Below, piece after piece: positions 49,301-60,178 of a DNA stretch of 64,000 nucleotides. Location of the stretch: assembly GCA_963737265.1 (NCBI GenBank), contig CAVTRY010000013.1, positions 230,933-294,932 on the forward strand, read 5' to 3'. Numbering within the stretch: the first letter of the stretch is position 1; each line of letters starts with the position of its first letter. A program made the translations under genes and the position numbers. The notes under the pieces are model-generated. The model ran no database searches. It was given only the letters and a program-made list of their open reading frames with translations, and was not told the DNA's origin. This DNA comes from an uncultured delta proteobacterium (lineage in GTDB: Bacteria > Myxococcota_A > Polyangia > Fen-1088).

Positions 49301-50829
49301 TGCAGAGGCTGGCCGAGCTTGAAGGCGACCCGCTGGCGCGCGCGAAATGCAACTACGCGATGGCGGCCATCTACCGCGACGAAGAGAAGGACTCGGCCAA
49401 GGCCAATGCGCTTTTCACCAAGGTTCTCGACGACAGTCCGCTTTACCCCAAGGCATTCGATGCCATCGAGAAGATCCTGGTCGAGAACAAAGACCTCAAG
49501 GAGCTTGAACGCGCCTACCGCAAGCAGATCAAGCGCCTGCCGGCGGAGGCGTCGGTCGATGCCAAGCTGCGCCTGTGGGACGGTCTCGCCGAGGTGGCGC
49601 TCAAGCAGCGCGACAAGGAGAGCGCGGCGCTGACCATGGAAGTCGCGCTTTCGCTCGATCGCGCGAACATGGCCCGCCAGGAACAATTGGCGAAGCTGTA
49701 CTTCGACATGGGGCCGTCGGCGGCGGACAAGGCCATCGCGCAGCACCAGTACCTGATTTCCAAGAAGCCCGACCGCCTGGACTCGTACAAAGCGCTGGCA
49801 TCCCTATACTTCCAGGCTGGCGCGCACGACAAGATGTGGTGTGTGGCGGGCTCCATGACCTGTTTGGGTAAGGCCGACCCGCCACTACAAGCCCTGTACG
49901 AGAATTTCCGGCCCACGCAAATTCCACCTGCCAACAGCAAGCTCAATGAGGAGCTGTGGCGCAAGATCCTTCATCCCGACGAGGATCCGTATCTCGGCGC
50001 GCTCTTCGCGCTGTTATCGCCGGCCATCGCCATGTCCAGCGCGCAGCCGCGCAAGATGCTGGGGCTGGACCGCGACGCGCGCGTGGACGTGACGACCGAT
50101 GCCTGGCCGCACTCCGCGTCCTTGCGCTATGTCGCCAATTCCATCGAGGCGACCTTGCCCGATGTGTTCATCAAGAGGGACGCGCCTGGCACGATTAGCC
50201 TCGTCAACCTCAAGGACAAGAACACCCTCGCCCCGGCGCTGGTCATCGGCATTGGCTTCCAGCAACTGGCCTCGCACAGCGAGGTGATCTTCGATTTCGC
50301 CAAGCGCATGGTTCTGCTGCGTCCCGAGCGCTTCCCGCGTTTCGCTCTCGGTACGGGCGCGGCACTGGAGATCGCCGTGCGCGCCGGCCTGCAGTTGGGG
50401 GGCGCCCCGATTGGCAAGGGCGATCACGGCACCCTGGTGGACAAGATGGCCAAGAAGATCGACGGGCTGCTGTCGACGCCCCTGCGTGCCGAGCTCAAAG
50501 GCGTGGCCAAGCGCTATGTCGAAGCGCGCGGCGACAAGATAGACATTCCGGGCTGGATTATCGCTTCGGATCTGACCGCTTCGCGCGCGGCCCTCGCCCT
50601 GTGCGGCGACATCGTCGCGGCGGCGCGCGTGCTCGCGCTTGAGCCCTCGGGACAAAGCCCGCTCACCGTTCAAGAACGGACGAACGATCTCCTGGCCTAC
50701 TTCACCAGCGACGATCACTTCACCGTGCGCGCCGCCTTGGGCATGCAGGTCAACCTGACGCCGGCAAGCGAGCCGGGAGCGCCACAAAAGCGCCGCATGA
50801 GCCCGATACAGATCAAGGCCCAGCCCTAA
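46398..50829 (+). pseudogene. giant SIR2_2-like / TPR-repeat protein (about 1470 aa) with an apparent frameshift at about 49030
   Basis: The N-terminus has SIR2-like blocks: AVLVTGLGCSGLAGFPAWPAL, GIITTALDALW, LVQLFGRTD and FVFVGFAPNDPDLNLL. These are followed by more than 20 TPR-like units. The frames join at ..EKRDVLE(E)/KIVDLRTVRGDWKELL. Confidence 0.75.
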
Positions 50830-51041
50830 TCGCCAATCCAGAACCGGCAATTCGGACCGGGCGCGGTCTATTTAATGGGCCGCCCGAGCAAGGAAACGTG
50901 GCCGAGAACGCTACGTTTCCGTCATGTATCGTTAGTGGAAAAGTGCCGCAAACTCTGACCAGTGGCTATTGCAATAGGCGTCGCAAGTTGCTTCCCTACC
51001 TTTGCACACTGTTCATAGGAAAAGAGGAGAAGGAGAAACCA

Positions 51042-52250
51042 ATGCGACTTTTGTCCACGGTCTTTACGCTCTGTACGGTCTTCCCCATGGTGGCGAGTGC
51101 CCAAGAAGCCGCCCCCGCCCCAGCACCTGCTGGCATGCCGCCAGCGGCAGCACCCGCTCCCGCTGCCGCCGTGGTCGCGGCACCAGCGGCAGCCCCCGCC
51201 CCAGCGACGCCGCCACCCGTTGCATTTGGGTGGGAGGCGCTGGTTGACGCCTACTACATGTACAACTTTACGGGCGATCCCAAAACGCAGGCGCCACTCG
51301 GCCGTCAGTTCGACACTACCGCGAACAACTTCGCGCTTAGCTACGCCAAGCTTGGTGTGCACGCGGACACCGATTTGGTTTCGTTCCGTTTGGACTTTGG
51401 CGGGGGGCACACGGCTGCGATTATCAACGCCGCAAGCGGCGGGAGCTCGGCACCAGCAACGGCGACGGCGGCGACAGACACTACTTCGCTCTACGGAAAC
51501 GGTTTCCTGATCCAGCAAGCCTTCGCTACCGTTAAGCCTACCAGCTATCTGACAATCGACGCCGGCAAGTTCGTGACCTCGGCGAGCGCCGAGGTCATCG
51601 AGACCAATAAGAACTGGCTCTACAGCCGCTCGTTGCTCTTCACCGGTGTTCCTCTGCTGCACACCGGTTTGCGCATCAATGGGACCGTGAATCCAGCACT
51701 GACCTTGTCCCTTCAGCTTGTCAATGGCTGGAACAACGATCCAGACATCAACTCGGATAAGACCTTTGGCTTTAACGCAACCTACGCACCCCCTAATCAG
51801 GGATTGACCGCTGGCTTTACAACATATATCGGCGACGAAGGCGGCGCCGACGGCACTAAGACCCGCATTCTGCTTGACGCCGTATTCTCAAAGGACATTG
51901 GCAACCTCTCGGTTGGCGCGAATGTCGACTATCTAAAGCACGACACGGCCTGGTGGTTCGGCGTTGCGGCAATGGCACGTTTCATTCTTTCCGATGCCTT
52001 TAACGTTGCCGCGCGAGCCGAGTACCTGACGAGCAAGAAGGATGGTTATTTTGCTCCGGATCCGGCGGCTGGCCCGTCTGATGCGTCTCTGTACGAGATT
52101 ACTGGTCAGGGCGCATGGACCGTTGGCAAGCACTACGAGCTGCGCCTCGAATTCCGCGCCGACCTGTGCGACAAGGATGTGTTCGAAAAGGGAACTACGC
52201 CCAGGAAGAATCAGGTCACCGGCCTGCTCGGTGCGCTCGCCTATTTCTAG
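51042..52250 (+). CDS. outer-membrane beta-barrel porin
   Basis: AGGAGA RBS, signal peptide MRLLSTVFTLCTVFPMVASA, an Ala/Pro linker, alternating beta-strand pattern and a C-terminal ..GLLGALAYF. Confidence 0.7.
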   Translation: MRLLSTVFTLCTVFPMVASAQEAAPAPAPAGMPPAAAPAPAAAVVAAPAAAPAPATPPPVAFGWEALVDAYYMYNFTGDPKTQAPLGRQFDTTANNFALSYAKLGVHADTDLVSFRLDFGGGHTAAIINAASGGSSAPATATAATDTTSLYGNGFLIQQAFATVKPTSYLTIDAGKFVTSASAEVIETNKNWLYSRSLLFTGVPLLHTGLRINGTVNPALTLSLQLVNGWNNDPDINSDKTFGFNATYAPPNQGLTAGFTTYIGDEGGADGTKTRILLDAVFSKDIGNLSVGANVDYLKHDTAWWFGVAAMARFILSDAFNVAARAEYLTSKKDGYFAPDPAAGPSDASLYEITGQGAWTVGKHYELRLEFRADLCDKDVFEKGTTPRKNQVTGLLGALAYF

Positions 52251-52652
<402 letters not shown>

Positions 52653-52676
52653 CCGCCAGGTTGGTTTGCCGGAGCC

Positions 52677-53066
52677 ATGATGTCTGGCGAGAACGAGTAT
52701 TCCGTGAGCGAAATGACCGACCTTTCGCCGCGCACAGTTCGTCGTCACGACGACGCGGCACGATTTATCGAACGCTTCGCGGTCCTGACCGGACTTCGCG
52801 TGAATTCCACCAGCGTGGAAGGCCTGCCGCGCGAATTTCTTGGGCGCACAGTCCCCGCGCCCGATCTTTTGGTACGCCAGTACGGCTACGAATTGGAGCC
52901 GCGCACGCACAATGCCCTGTGCCGCTACGAGCCCGGCCGGCGCCCCGAAGACCGCTGGACCTACGGCCGCCTGCTCGAAATTCGCGGCTTCGGCGTGTTT
53001 TCACTCCTCGATTTGCTCGAAGTCATGGCCAAGCACGGCATCTCGGCGACCGGATCCGACCCTTGA
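52677..53066 (+). CDS. hypothetical protein with an RNA-polymerase-alpha-CTD-like helix-hairpin-helix
   Basis: EPRTHNALCRY...TYGRLLEIRGFGVFSLLDLLEVMAKHGI follows the S.R..N.L....T.G.L..I.NFG.KSL.EI pattern of the RpoA CTD. This is a pattern-level match only. Confidence 0.4.
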   Translation: MMSGENEYSVSEMTDLSPRTVRRHDDAARFIERFAVLTGLRVNSTSVEGLPREFLGRTVPAPDLLVRQYGYELEPRTHNALCRYEPGRRPEDRWTYGRLLEIRGFGVFSLLDLLEVMAKHGISATGSDP

Positions 53067-53101
53067 CGTAGCCCGTTTCTCGCCGGAGGCTGTGCCGGCG
53101 C

Positions 53102-55339
53102 ATGGATCTATTCGAACGCGCCGCAGGTAAACGTCCCGGCAACGCGGTGGACGAGTCCGTCGAGGGCACCATCGAGCGCATCGTCTTTTCCGGCGGTGAC
53201 GGCGAGTTTACGGTGGCGCGCCTCAAGGTAGCCGGTGCGGCCGAGCCGGTGACCGTGGTCGGCAGTCTGCTCGGCCTGCCCGTGGGCGCAAACCTGCGCG
53301 CGAACGGCTACTACGAAACCAATCCGCGTTTCGGCCGACAATTCCGCATCGTCGCGTACACCGAGCTTTCCCCCAACACCCTCGCCGGCATCAAGCGCTA
53401 CCTCGGCGCCGGGCTCATCAAAGGCATCGGTCCCGAATTCGCGTCCCGCATCGTCGCCCGCTTCGGCGACAAGACCCTGGAGATTCTCGACGCCCGGCCC
53501 GAGCGCATCCGCGAAGTGCCCGGCATCGGCCGTTCGCGCGCCGAGGCCATCAAGAAAGCCTGGGCCACCCAGCGCGGGCAGCGCGAGGTGATGGTTTTCC
53601 TGCAAGGCTACGGCGTGTCCCCGGCTCTCGCCGCGCGCATTTACAAACGCTACGGCACCGCGGCCGTGGCGCGCGTGCGCGAGAATCCCTATCGCCTCGC
53701 CTTCGACGTGTGGGGCATCGGATTTCTCTCGGCCGATCGCCTGGCCAGCTCGCTCGGCATCGGCAAGGAAACCGACATGCGCATCGAAGCGGGCGTGCGC
53801 CACGTTTTGGAAGAAGCTGGCAGCCAAGGCCACGTGTACCTGCCGCGCGCACGGCTCGCGCAGGATGCGAGCAATCGCCTGGAGGTCGATCTCGCCCTGG
53901 TCGAGCCCGCCATCGATCGGTTGGCGCGCATTGGAGAAGTCGCCGTCGAGCACGTGCAAGCCGGCGAACCAGGCGGCGAGGCCGGCGGTGAAGCGGTCTT
54001 TGAAACCAGCCTGCTGCGTGCCGAGCTGGCCGCGGCTGCGGGTCTGCGCCGCCTGCTGCACGCCCAGTGCAAACCGCTGCCCGTGGATCCTGACAGCGCC
54101 ATCGCCCGCTACGAAAAGGAAGCCGACATCACCCTGGCACCGAAACAGGCCGAGGCCGTGCGGCGCGCGCTCGTCGAGCCGTTGCTGGTCATCACCGGCG
54201 GCCCCGGCGTGGGCAAGACCACCATCGTGCGCGGGATCGTGGCGAGCTTCCTCCGCTGCGACCTGCGCGTGGCCTTGGCCGCCCCCACCGGGCGCGCCGC
54301 CAAACGTCTGCAAGAAGCCACCGGCCAGCCGGCCGCGACCTTGCACCGCCTGCTCGAATGGCGACCGGCCGAGGGCGTGTTTGGGCGCAACCGGGAGCGC
54401 CCGCTCGCCGCCGATCTGCTGGTCGTCGACGAGGCGTCCATGGTGGACATCCGCCTGTGCGCGGATCTCGTCGCCGCCCTGGCCAACGGCACGCGCCTGT
54501 TGCTGGTGGGCGACCAAGATCAGCTTCCATCGGTCGGCCCCGGCATGGTTCTGCGCGACACCATCGAATCCGAGGCCGTGCCGGTGGTGCGCCTCAATGA
54601 AATCTTCCGCCAGGCCGCGCAGAGCCTGATCGTCGTCAACGCCCACCGCATTCACGATGGTGAAATGCCCGAGCTCGGCGAGCCGCCCACGCAAGGTCCG
54701 ACGGCCGACACGCGCGATTTCTTCTTTCTCGAAGAAAACGATCCGGCAAGCGCCGCGCAAACCATTCGCGATCTCGTGGTCGCGCGCCTACCGCGCCGCT
54801 ACGGTTACTCGCCGTCCGACATTCAAGTGCTCACGCCCATGCACCGGGGCGAGCTCGGCGCCACCAACCTCAATCGGCTCCTGCAAGAAGCGCTTAGCGC
54901 TGGCGGCGAGTCGCTCACCAGTGGCAGTCGCCTCTTTCGTGCCGGCGACCGGGTCATGCAAATGCGCAATAACTACGACAAAGACGTATTCAACGGCGAC
55001 GTCGGCCAAGTCGTTCGCGTCGCCCAGGAAGAGCGCGAGCTGGTCGTCCGTTTCGACGAGCGCGAGGTGAGCTTTGCCAGCGACGAGCTCGATGAGTTGT
55101 CGCTCGCCTACGCGGCGACGGTGCACAAGTCGCAGGGATCGGAGTACGCCGCCGTCGTCATCCCCGTGCACACGCAACACTTCGTCATGCTCCAGCGCAG
55201 CCTGCTTTACACCGCCGTCACCCGCGGGAAGAAATTGGTGGTGCTGGTGGGTACGCGCAAGGCGCTCGCGATTGCGGTTCGCAACGCCGAGGTAGCCCTG
55301 CGCTGCACGCGCCTGCGCCACCGCCTGGCGAAGGCGTGA
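53102..55339 (+). CDS. recD2: RecD2-type SF1B ATP-dependent DNA helicase
   Basis: N-terminal OB-like VEGTIERIVFSGGDGEFTVARLKV, an HhH region, Walker A GGPGVGKTT, DEASMVD, a SH3/2B domain, and C-terminal AATVHKSQGSEY...LLYTAVTRGK. Confidence 0.85.
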   Translation: MDLFERAAGKRPGNAVDESVEGTIERIVFSGGDGEFTVARLKVAGAAEPVTVVGSLLGLPVGANLRANGYYETNPRFGRQFRIVAYTELSPNTLAGIKRYLGAGLIKGIGPEFASRIVARFGDKTLEILDARPERIREVPGIGRSRAEAIKKAWATQRGQREVMVFLQGYGVSPALAARIYKRYGTAAVARVRENPYRLAFDVWGIGFLSADRLASSLGIGKETDMRIEAGVRHVLEEAGSQGHVYLPRARLAQDASNRLEVDLALVEPAIDRLARIGEVAVEHVQAGEPGGEAGGEAVFETSLLRAELAAAAGLRRLLHAQCKPLPVDPDSAIARYEKEADITLAPKQAEAVRRALVEPLLVITGGPGVGKTTIVRGIVASFLRCDLRVALAAPTGRAAKRLQEATGQPAATLHRLLEWRPAEGVFGRNRERPLAADLLVVDEASMVDIRLCADLVAALANGTRLLLVGDQDQLPSVGPGMVLRDTIESEAVPVVRLNEIFRQAAQSLIVVNAHRIHDGEMPELGEPPTQGPTADTRDFFFLEENDPASAAQTIRDLVVARLPRRYGYSPSDIQVLTPMHRGELGATNLNRLLQEALSAGGESLTSGSRLFRAGDRVMQMRNNYDKDVFNGDVGQVVRVAQEERELVVRFDEREVSFASDELDELSLAYAATVHKSQGSEYAAVVIPVHTQHFVMLQRSLLYTAVTRGKKLVVLVGTRKALAIAVRNAEVALRCTRLRHRLAKA

Positions 55340-55361
55340 GCGAGCCCTGCTACCCCACCTG

Positions 55362-56414
55362 CTACCCCTCCCAGGTCGCCCGGTCTCGACCTGCCTTCTT
55401 GGAAAGATAGAGCCTCCTGTCGGCTTTTTTCAGCAAGGCGCTCGCGCTCCGCGTTTCCTCGGATCCGGCCACGCCCGCGCTCGCCGTCAGCCCGATGTGC
55501 CGTCCCTCGAAAAGACAGGGCGTTTTGCGGATCCTGCCAATCAGCTTCGCCGCCACGAAGCGTCCGCCCTCCAGCTCCGTATCGGGCAAGAGAAGAAGGA
55601 ACTCGTCCCCGCCATAGCGGAAGAGCGTGTCCGTTCTGCGGCTGCCGGACTGGAGGATCTCCGCCAAGTGCCGGATCACCTGGTCGCCCGCCAGGTGGCC
55701 GTGTTCGTCGTTGACGGTCTTGAACCGATCGATGTCGAACAGCACCACCGAGAATTCTTTCCGACACCCATTGTCCTTCACCCGCGTCTTCAGCCTAAAA
55801 CTCTTCTGGAGAGTCTCACGCAGGGCCCGCCGGTTGAGTAGGCCCGACAGGGGGTCGATGCGCGAGAGCTGAGCGAGCTCCCGGTTCGCTGCCTCCAGGG
55901 CATCCTCCGCCCGCTTGAGCGCAGTGATGTCCCGCGAGATGCCCCAGGTCCCTATCACCCGCCCCGGCTTGTCGCGCAGCGGGAACTTCGAGGTCGAGAC
56001 CCACGTAACTCTCCCGTCCGGCCAGGTTTCTTTTTCCACCATCTCGACCACCGGCTTGCCAGTCCTGATGATTCGCCGCTCGTCGCGGAACGCCTGGACC
56101 GCGTGCTCTCGCGTGAAGTGGTCGAAATCCGAGGTGCCGATGATCCTATTCACATTTGCCGTGCCAAACCGAAGCGCCGCCGTGCGGCTCACGAAGAAGA
56201 ACCGCGACTGACGGTCTTTGAAATAGATCGTGTCCCGTCCCAGGTTCATGATCACATTCTGCACATCGGTCTCGGCCAGAAGTCCCGATGACCAGGCAAG
56301 GCGATCCGATTGGGGAACGGACCGCGGCCAAGAAGGTTTCTTTCCATTCTTCCCGCTCTTGTCCGAGCGAAGTCGTCTCAAGCGCACGCTACTCATCGCC
56401 GCATCGCTTCCCAC
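55362..56414 (-). CDS. PAS-domain diguanylate cyclase (GGDEF)
   Basis: A PAS block is followed by a coiled linker and then the GGDEF domain, with active site RYGGDEFLLLL and the upstream DxFKxxND motif. Confidence 0.85.
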   Translation of the reverse strand: MGSDAAMSSVRLRRLRSDKSGKNGKKPSWPRSVPQSDRLAWSSGLLAETDVQNVIMNLGRDTIYFKDRQSRFFFVSRTAALRFGTANVNRIIGTSDFDHFTREHAVQAFRDERRIIRTGKPVVEMVEKETWPDGRVTWVSTSKFPLRDKPGRVIGTWGISRDITALKRAEDALEAANRELAQLSRIDPLSGLLNRRALRETLQKSFRLKTRVKDNGCRKEFSVVLFDIDRFKTVNDEHGHLAGDQVIRHLAEILQSGSRRTDTLFRYGGDEFLLLLPDTELEGGRFVAAKLIGRIRKTPCLFEGRHIGLTASAGVAGSEETRSASALLKKADRRLYLSKKAGRDRATWEG

Positions 56415-56657
56415 GACATTGGCCTCTCACCCATTAGCGAGGTTACATCATCGCTCCAACTGGGTGGCCCGTCCATCCTGGAAAGGCACCTTTTTCTGCC
56501 GCCTTCCGCGACGTCGCTGCGCTCCTCGCGGGATTACGGCGGTCTCGATGCCGAATACCCGGCCGCGCGCGGGAGGTTCGACCGAGCTGCCCGCATTCAG
56601 GGCTTGTGGACGCGGCCCGGGTGAGGGATAACCGGAAGGAGATTCATTTTCGAGGTT

Positions 56658-57503
56658 GTGATGTTTGACGAAGTTGTTTCCGTAGAAGTTGTGCGGCGCT
56701 TTTGCCACATTGCAACTCGGCGTTTGGGGGTCGGAATCGATGCCAAGGTGGAGGCCCTGGTCGCGGGCCGGGTCGCCAAACGGCTGAAGGTTTTGCAGCT
56801 GCCACTCGACGAGTATTTGAGTCGTCTGGATGAGGATGAGCATTGCGACGAAGTCATCGGTTTCTTGGACTTCATGCGATCCCGGCCGCCGCGTTTCTTT
56901 GCGCGCGTGTCGGAGCACGCCGAGCTGTACGCGCAGGTGCGGCGTTGGTTGGCGGCTGGCCGCCGCCGATTTCGTCTGTGGTCCGCGGGCTGTGGCTCGG
57001 GCGAAGAGCCGTACGCCATGGCGTTGACGGTTATCCGGGCCATCGAGGACGCGAAGCTCAAGCTCGGGCTGGTGGATTGGAAGATTCTGGCCAGCGATCT
57101 TTCCTCGCGTTCGCTCGAACGAGGCCGAAGGGGCGTGTTCGACGACGAGCAAATCGCCGGTCTGCCCGCAGATTCGGCCGCGCGTTTCTTCACCGAAACC
57201 AGCGAGGGTCTGGAGATCGGCGGCGAAGTGAAGGCGCGCGTGGTGTTTCGCCGCCTCAACATCGCGCAACCGCCCTTTCCGATGACCGGGCCGCTCGATG
57301 CGATTTTCTGTCATGAGGGCCTACTGCCGCTGGTGCCCGGGGTTCGTCGCCGCGTGATCGCCGCGGCCAAATCGCTGTTGGCTGAAGATGGTGTTTTCTG
57401 CTCGGGCTACGACGAAGGAGTCTTCGATGCGGCACAAGACGCCGATGAAGCGTTTTGGCGGGACGGTACCAGCGCTTCGCCCCGGCCGCGGGGAAACTGC
57501 TGA
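56658..57503 (+). CDS. CheR-type SAM-dependent protein-glutamate methyltransferase-like protein
   Basis: The N-terminal helical CheR_N-like region is followed by RLWSAGCGSGEEPYAMAL (SAM motif I), ILASDLSSRSLERGRRGVF and FRRLNI. Confidence 0.75.
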   Translation: MMFDEVVSVEVVRRFCHIATRRLGVGIDAKVEALVAGRVAKRLKVLQLPLDEYLSRLDEDEHCDEVIGFLDFMRSRPPRFFARVSEHAELYAQVRRWLAAGRRRFRLWSAGCGSGEEPYAMALTVIRAIEDAKLKLGLVDWKILASDLSSRSLERGRRGVFDDEQIAGLPADSAARFFTETSEGLEIGGEVKARVVFRRLNIAQPPFPMTGPLDAIFCHEGLLPLVPGVRRRVIAAAKSLLAEDGVFCSGYDEGVFDAAQDADEAFWRDGTSASPRPRGNC

Positions 57504-57516
57504 TCGCAAGTGATGG

Positions 57517-58744
57517 CTACGCCAGCGTGGCGTATTCGCCGAGCAGATCTTCCATGCGACCGAGCACGTCAGCCATGGCCTTTTCGTCGGGCAGAAGCGT
57601 GATGCGGAAGTGGTTGCGGTAGGGCACGTTGAAGCTCGACCCTGGCGCCACCAGCACGTGTTTGCGTTCGAGCAGATCGATGGCGAACTTTTCGTCGTCG
57701 AAGGCGGGCAGCTTGGTCAGGTCCACGCCGGGGAAGGCGTACAGCGCCCCGCGCGGAGGCACGAGGGTCAGGTACTTGCTGCGTTTCACGCCTTCAATCA
57801 CCGTGGCTCGCGTCTGGAACAGTCGGCCTCCAGGCTTGGTCAAATCGTGGATGGACTGGTAGCCGCCGAGCGCGGTCTGCACGGCCCACTGGCCAACGAC
57901 GTTCGAGCACAGGCGTAGCGATGCGATGGTGTCGAGGCCGAGCAGGTAGTCTTGCGCCTGCTGCTTCTCGCCCGAGAAAACCAGCCAACCGACGCGGAAC
58001 CGCACACGATCGGTAGACCTTGGAAAGGCCGGAAAAGGTTCCGCACAGGGTGTGCTTGACCAGGGGCGCGACCGGCGTGTATTCGGCGCCTTCGTAGGTA
58101 ATCTGGTCGTAGATCTCGTCGGTGAAGACCACCAGATCGTGCTTTTCGGCGATCGACACCATCTCTTGCAGAACCTCGCGCGGATAGACCGCGCCGGTTG
58201 GGTTGTTCGGCGAAATGATGACCAGGGCGCGCGTGCGCGGCGTGATCAGCTTGCGCAGAGCGCCTAAGTCGGGCAACCAATTGAGCTCGCGCGGGCAAGG
58301 GTAGTGCACCGCCCTGCCGTCGTTGAGGTGGGTGGCGGCGGTCCACAGCGGGTAGTCGGGACTTGGCACCAGCACCTCGTCGCCTTCGTCGAGCAGCGCC
58401 CGCAACGAAAACAAGATCAGCTCGCTGACGCCGTTCCCCATGAAGACGTCGTCCACGGTCGTCTCCATCACACCGCGGTTCTGCTGCTGCATGACCACCG
58501 CCTCGCGCGCCGGAAAGATTCCCTTCTGGTGGCAGTAGGCGTCCGATTCGCGCAGGTTCTCGATCATCGCCTGCCGCATCGTCTCGGGCGCGCGAAAACC
58601 GAACGCGCCGGGGTTGCCGATGTTGAGCTTGACGATCTCGTGACCAGCTTTTTCGAGCTCCGCGGCCCGGCGTGCCAGCGGTCCGCGAATCTCGTAGCGG
58701 ACGTTGGCGAGTTGGGAGCTGGCCTTGATGCGATTCATGGTCAT
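57517..58744 (-). pseudogene. AlaA/AlaC-type PLP-dependent aminotransferase with an apparent 1-nt insertion near 58000
   Basis: Frame 1 reads MTMNRIKASSQLANVRYEIRGP...NIGNP...SPNNPTGAVY...FSGLSKVYR. Frame 2 continues GFRVGWLVFSGEKQ...RITLLPDE... The PLP lysine lies in SGLSK, just before the shift. Confidence 0.85.
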
Positions 58745-58962
58745 GGCGAGGCACCAAGATAGACCACCTGCTTGCGATGTAAAAGTCCGCGTGCAGGCGA
58801 ATCGGCGGAGAGGTTACAAGCCCACGATATCATGGCCGATTCTGGAATATCGGCGATGCGGGTCCGGGCGCCGTTTGCGTCGGATGGTGCGATGGCTCAC
58901 TGGCTGTCATGATATTGTTTCTTCACGTTTCCCTTCCATCCAAGCGAGGTTGTTAATCTATC

Positions 58963-60075
58963 GTGCAGACCCATCGAAGATTCTTGGTAGCCACGTTCAT
59001 GATCTTGCTCGGCCAGGCGTGCGCCGGGGCTAAAGTCGATTCCTCAACCACGTTGGGCGGCGATGGTGGGAGCGGTGGAAGCGGGGGACCGTCAGGCGGC
59101 GGCGGAACGGTGTCGATCAACCTGGACGCCGTATCTCTTCCCCCGCCGCACTACGGTCGCGAGGCATCGGTTGGGGACGCTAAGCCGTATCGTTGTGACG
59201 ACGCGGGCAATTGCAACATATGTCTGGCGATTCTGTCGTTAGGGCAACCCGCGCACTATGGCGAGCAAAGCAGCGGCGGGGACAACACGGACGCGTTTCA
59301 GAACTTCATGAACACCAACACCAACGCCAAGATGGTGATGCTGAAGACCTACACGCCACTGACCGATTCGCTGCTGAACCAGTACGACGTCGTCATCTTG
59401 CAGGCGCTGGAAGACAACGAATACACTGGATTGTGGAGTTATTCGCAAAGCGACATCGCGGCTCTAAGCAAGTGGGTAAACAACGGCGGTGCCATCATTT
59501 CGATGTCTGGCTACGGCAATAATGTTTCAGAGGTTCAGCCGCTCAATCAGTTGCTGGGTCCGTTCGGAATCACCTACAACACGGACAATATTTTCGATGC
59601 CAACGCATGTACCGACAACCTTTGCTATTGCTCCTATGGTTCGATTCCATTTACCAACTGGCAAGCGGGCGATGCCGACGCCGCCGCCATCACGACGAAC
59701 CACGACAATTCCACCCTTGGCAAGGTGGGTATTTTCCTTGGGCGATCCATCAATTGCAGCGGGGATTGCAGCATCTTCGCGAAAGATCCCAAGCCCGCCG
59801 CCGGCGAAGGCAGCGTTGGTGTGGCGAAAGTCATCGGGAACGGACGGGTATTTGCCTGGGCCGACGAGTGGATCACCTACACCAGCCAATGGGGCCTGAC
59901 GCCGGACCCGATGTATGACAATGCCACCACCTATCAACAGTGCGTTGGCCACACGCCGTATACGTCCTATGCCGTGCCACAGTTCTGGTACAATGCTTTC
60001 AGATGGGCGGCGCCGAGCGCCGCCTGTTTCACGATCGATCAGCCAGCAAATCCCGTCCAACAGATCGTTTATTAG
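58963..60075 (+). CDS. hypothetical lipoprotein (possible GATase1/ThuA-like fold)
   Basis: GTG start, lipobox ILLGQAC and a Gly/Ser linker. The central YDVVILQALEDNEY...NNGGAIISMSGYG suggests a flavodoxin-like/ThuA-type domain. This is a low-certainty fold guess. Confidence 0.5.
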   Translation: MQTHRRFLVATFMILLGQACAGAKVDSSTTLGGDGGSGGSGGPSGGGGTVSINLDAVSLPPPHYGREASVGDAKPYRCDDAGNCNICLAILSLGQPAHYGEQSSGGDNTDAFQNFMNTNTNAKMVMLKTYTPLTDSLLNQYDVVILQALEDNEYTGLWSYSQSDIAALSKWVNNGGAIISMSGYGNNVSEVQPLNQLLGPFGITYNTDNIFDANACTDNLCYCSYGSIPFTNWQAGDADAAAITTNHDNSTLGKVGIFLGRSINCSGDCSIFAKDPKPAAGEGSVGVAKVIGNGRVFAWADEWITYTSQWGLTPDPMYDNATTYQQCVGHTPYTSYAVPQFWYNAFRWAAPSAACFTIDQPANPVQQIVY

Positions 60076-60146
60076 GCATCTCGGGTTCGCGTATGGGGCG
60101 TAGGGCGGGGCGGTGTGCCCAGTGCGTATCACCCTCACCCTGTGGC

Positions 60147-60178
60147 CCCTCTCCCGGAGCTCTCTCGAAGGGAGAGGG
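60147..60178. repeat. REP-like extragenic palindrome (CCCTCTCCC ... GGGAGAGGG)
   Basis: 9-bp perfect stem with a 14-nt loop, preceded by tcaccctcaccct. It lies in an intergenic position. Confidence 0.5.

Noticed and set aside
46398-50829. Calling the SIR2/TPR protein a DSR-type anti-phage defence gene
   Set aside because: The predicted catalytic Asn and His are substituted. The gene also lies among housekeeping genes rather than in the defence/mobile region. It is reported as an unusual architecture instead.
50960-51010. Sigma54 or NtrC site upstream of the porin-glnB pair (TTGCAATAGGCGTCGCAA, TTTGCA)
   Set aside because: No GG element lies at the correct distance from the TTGCA. The palindrome does not match TGCACC-N5-GGTGCA.
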